Assembly: GCF_022539665.2 (NCBI RefSeq)
Contig: NC_081334.1
Coordinates: 2,790,001 to 2,854,000 of the forward strand
Length of the DNA: 64,000 bases
DNA from: Daphnia carinata
Taxonomy: Eukaryota
Direction of reading: 5' to 3'
A program made the position numbers and the translations under genes. The notes under the pieces were generated by a model. The model ran no database searches, was not told the DNA's origin, and saw only the letters and a program-made list of their open reading frames with translations. This document shows positions 63,746-64,000 of this stretch, piece by piece. Position 1 is the first letter of the stretch, and every line of letters begins with the position of its first letter.

Positions 63746-64000
63746 ACGTGTTGTTGGCTTTATTCAAGTCGCTTGCGGACTTGCATTTACACCTAGAATA
63801 AAAATGAAATGAAATATTCTTTTCTACATTTATTCTCCTTCATTTTTATACATCTACTAAGGTTTGAACCCAGGGTAACAGGTATCGCAGCTAAAGGCTC
63901 TACCACAGAGCTATGGACCCTATAAAATCAATAGAAAGATAAATATATGTCAAAGACTGCATAAACATCCTAGACGATAACATATGATATGCGATAATAA

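Overview
Eukaryotic (arthropod) genomic DNA, most likely a cladoceran such as Daphnia. This is inferred from the ~55-85 nt introns, the multi-CCHC vasa architecture and TTAGG-type repeats; it was not checked against a database. The right two-thirds are conventional: a ~23 kb microsatellite/homopolymer-rich non-coding region, an 11-exon HCN/Ih channel gene (+, 41065-58106, with the arthropod S4-S5 cassette exon), and a convergent PHAX gene (-, 60908-59486) carrying a 1-nt homopolymer frameshift. The left ~18 kb and last ~2.5 kb are a mosaic of repeats and gene fragments: an intron-retaining vasa pseudogene fragment, an N-terminally truncated but open MAD1 copy fused to foreign exons, a 601-aa intronless orphan ORF, a TTAA-type MITE in two copies, a Helentron/HINE-like element with TTAGG repeats, and clusters of tRNA-like sequences. 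The most unusual signal is three ~35-bp-periodic arrays of a CTCF-like motif (CTAGATGGCG). Each sits at the apparent 5' end of a transcription unit, and two belong to a shared ~700 bp module.
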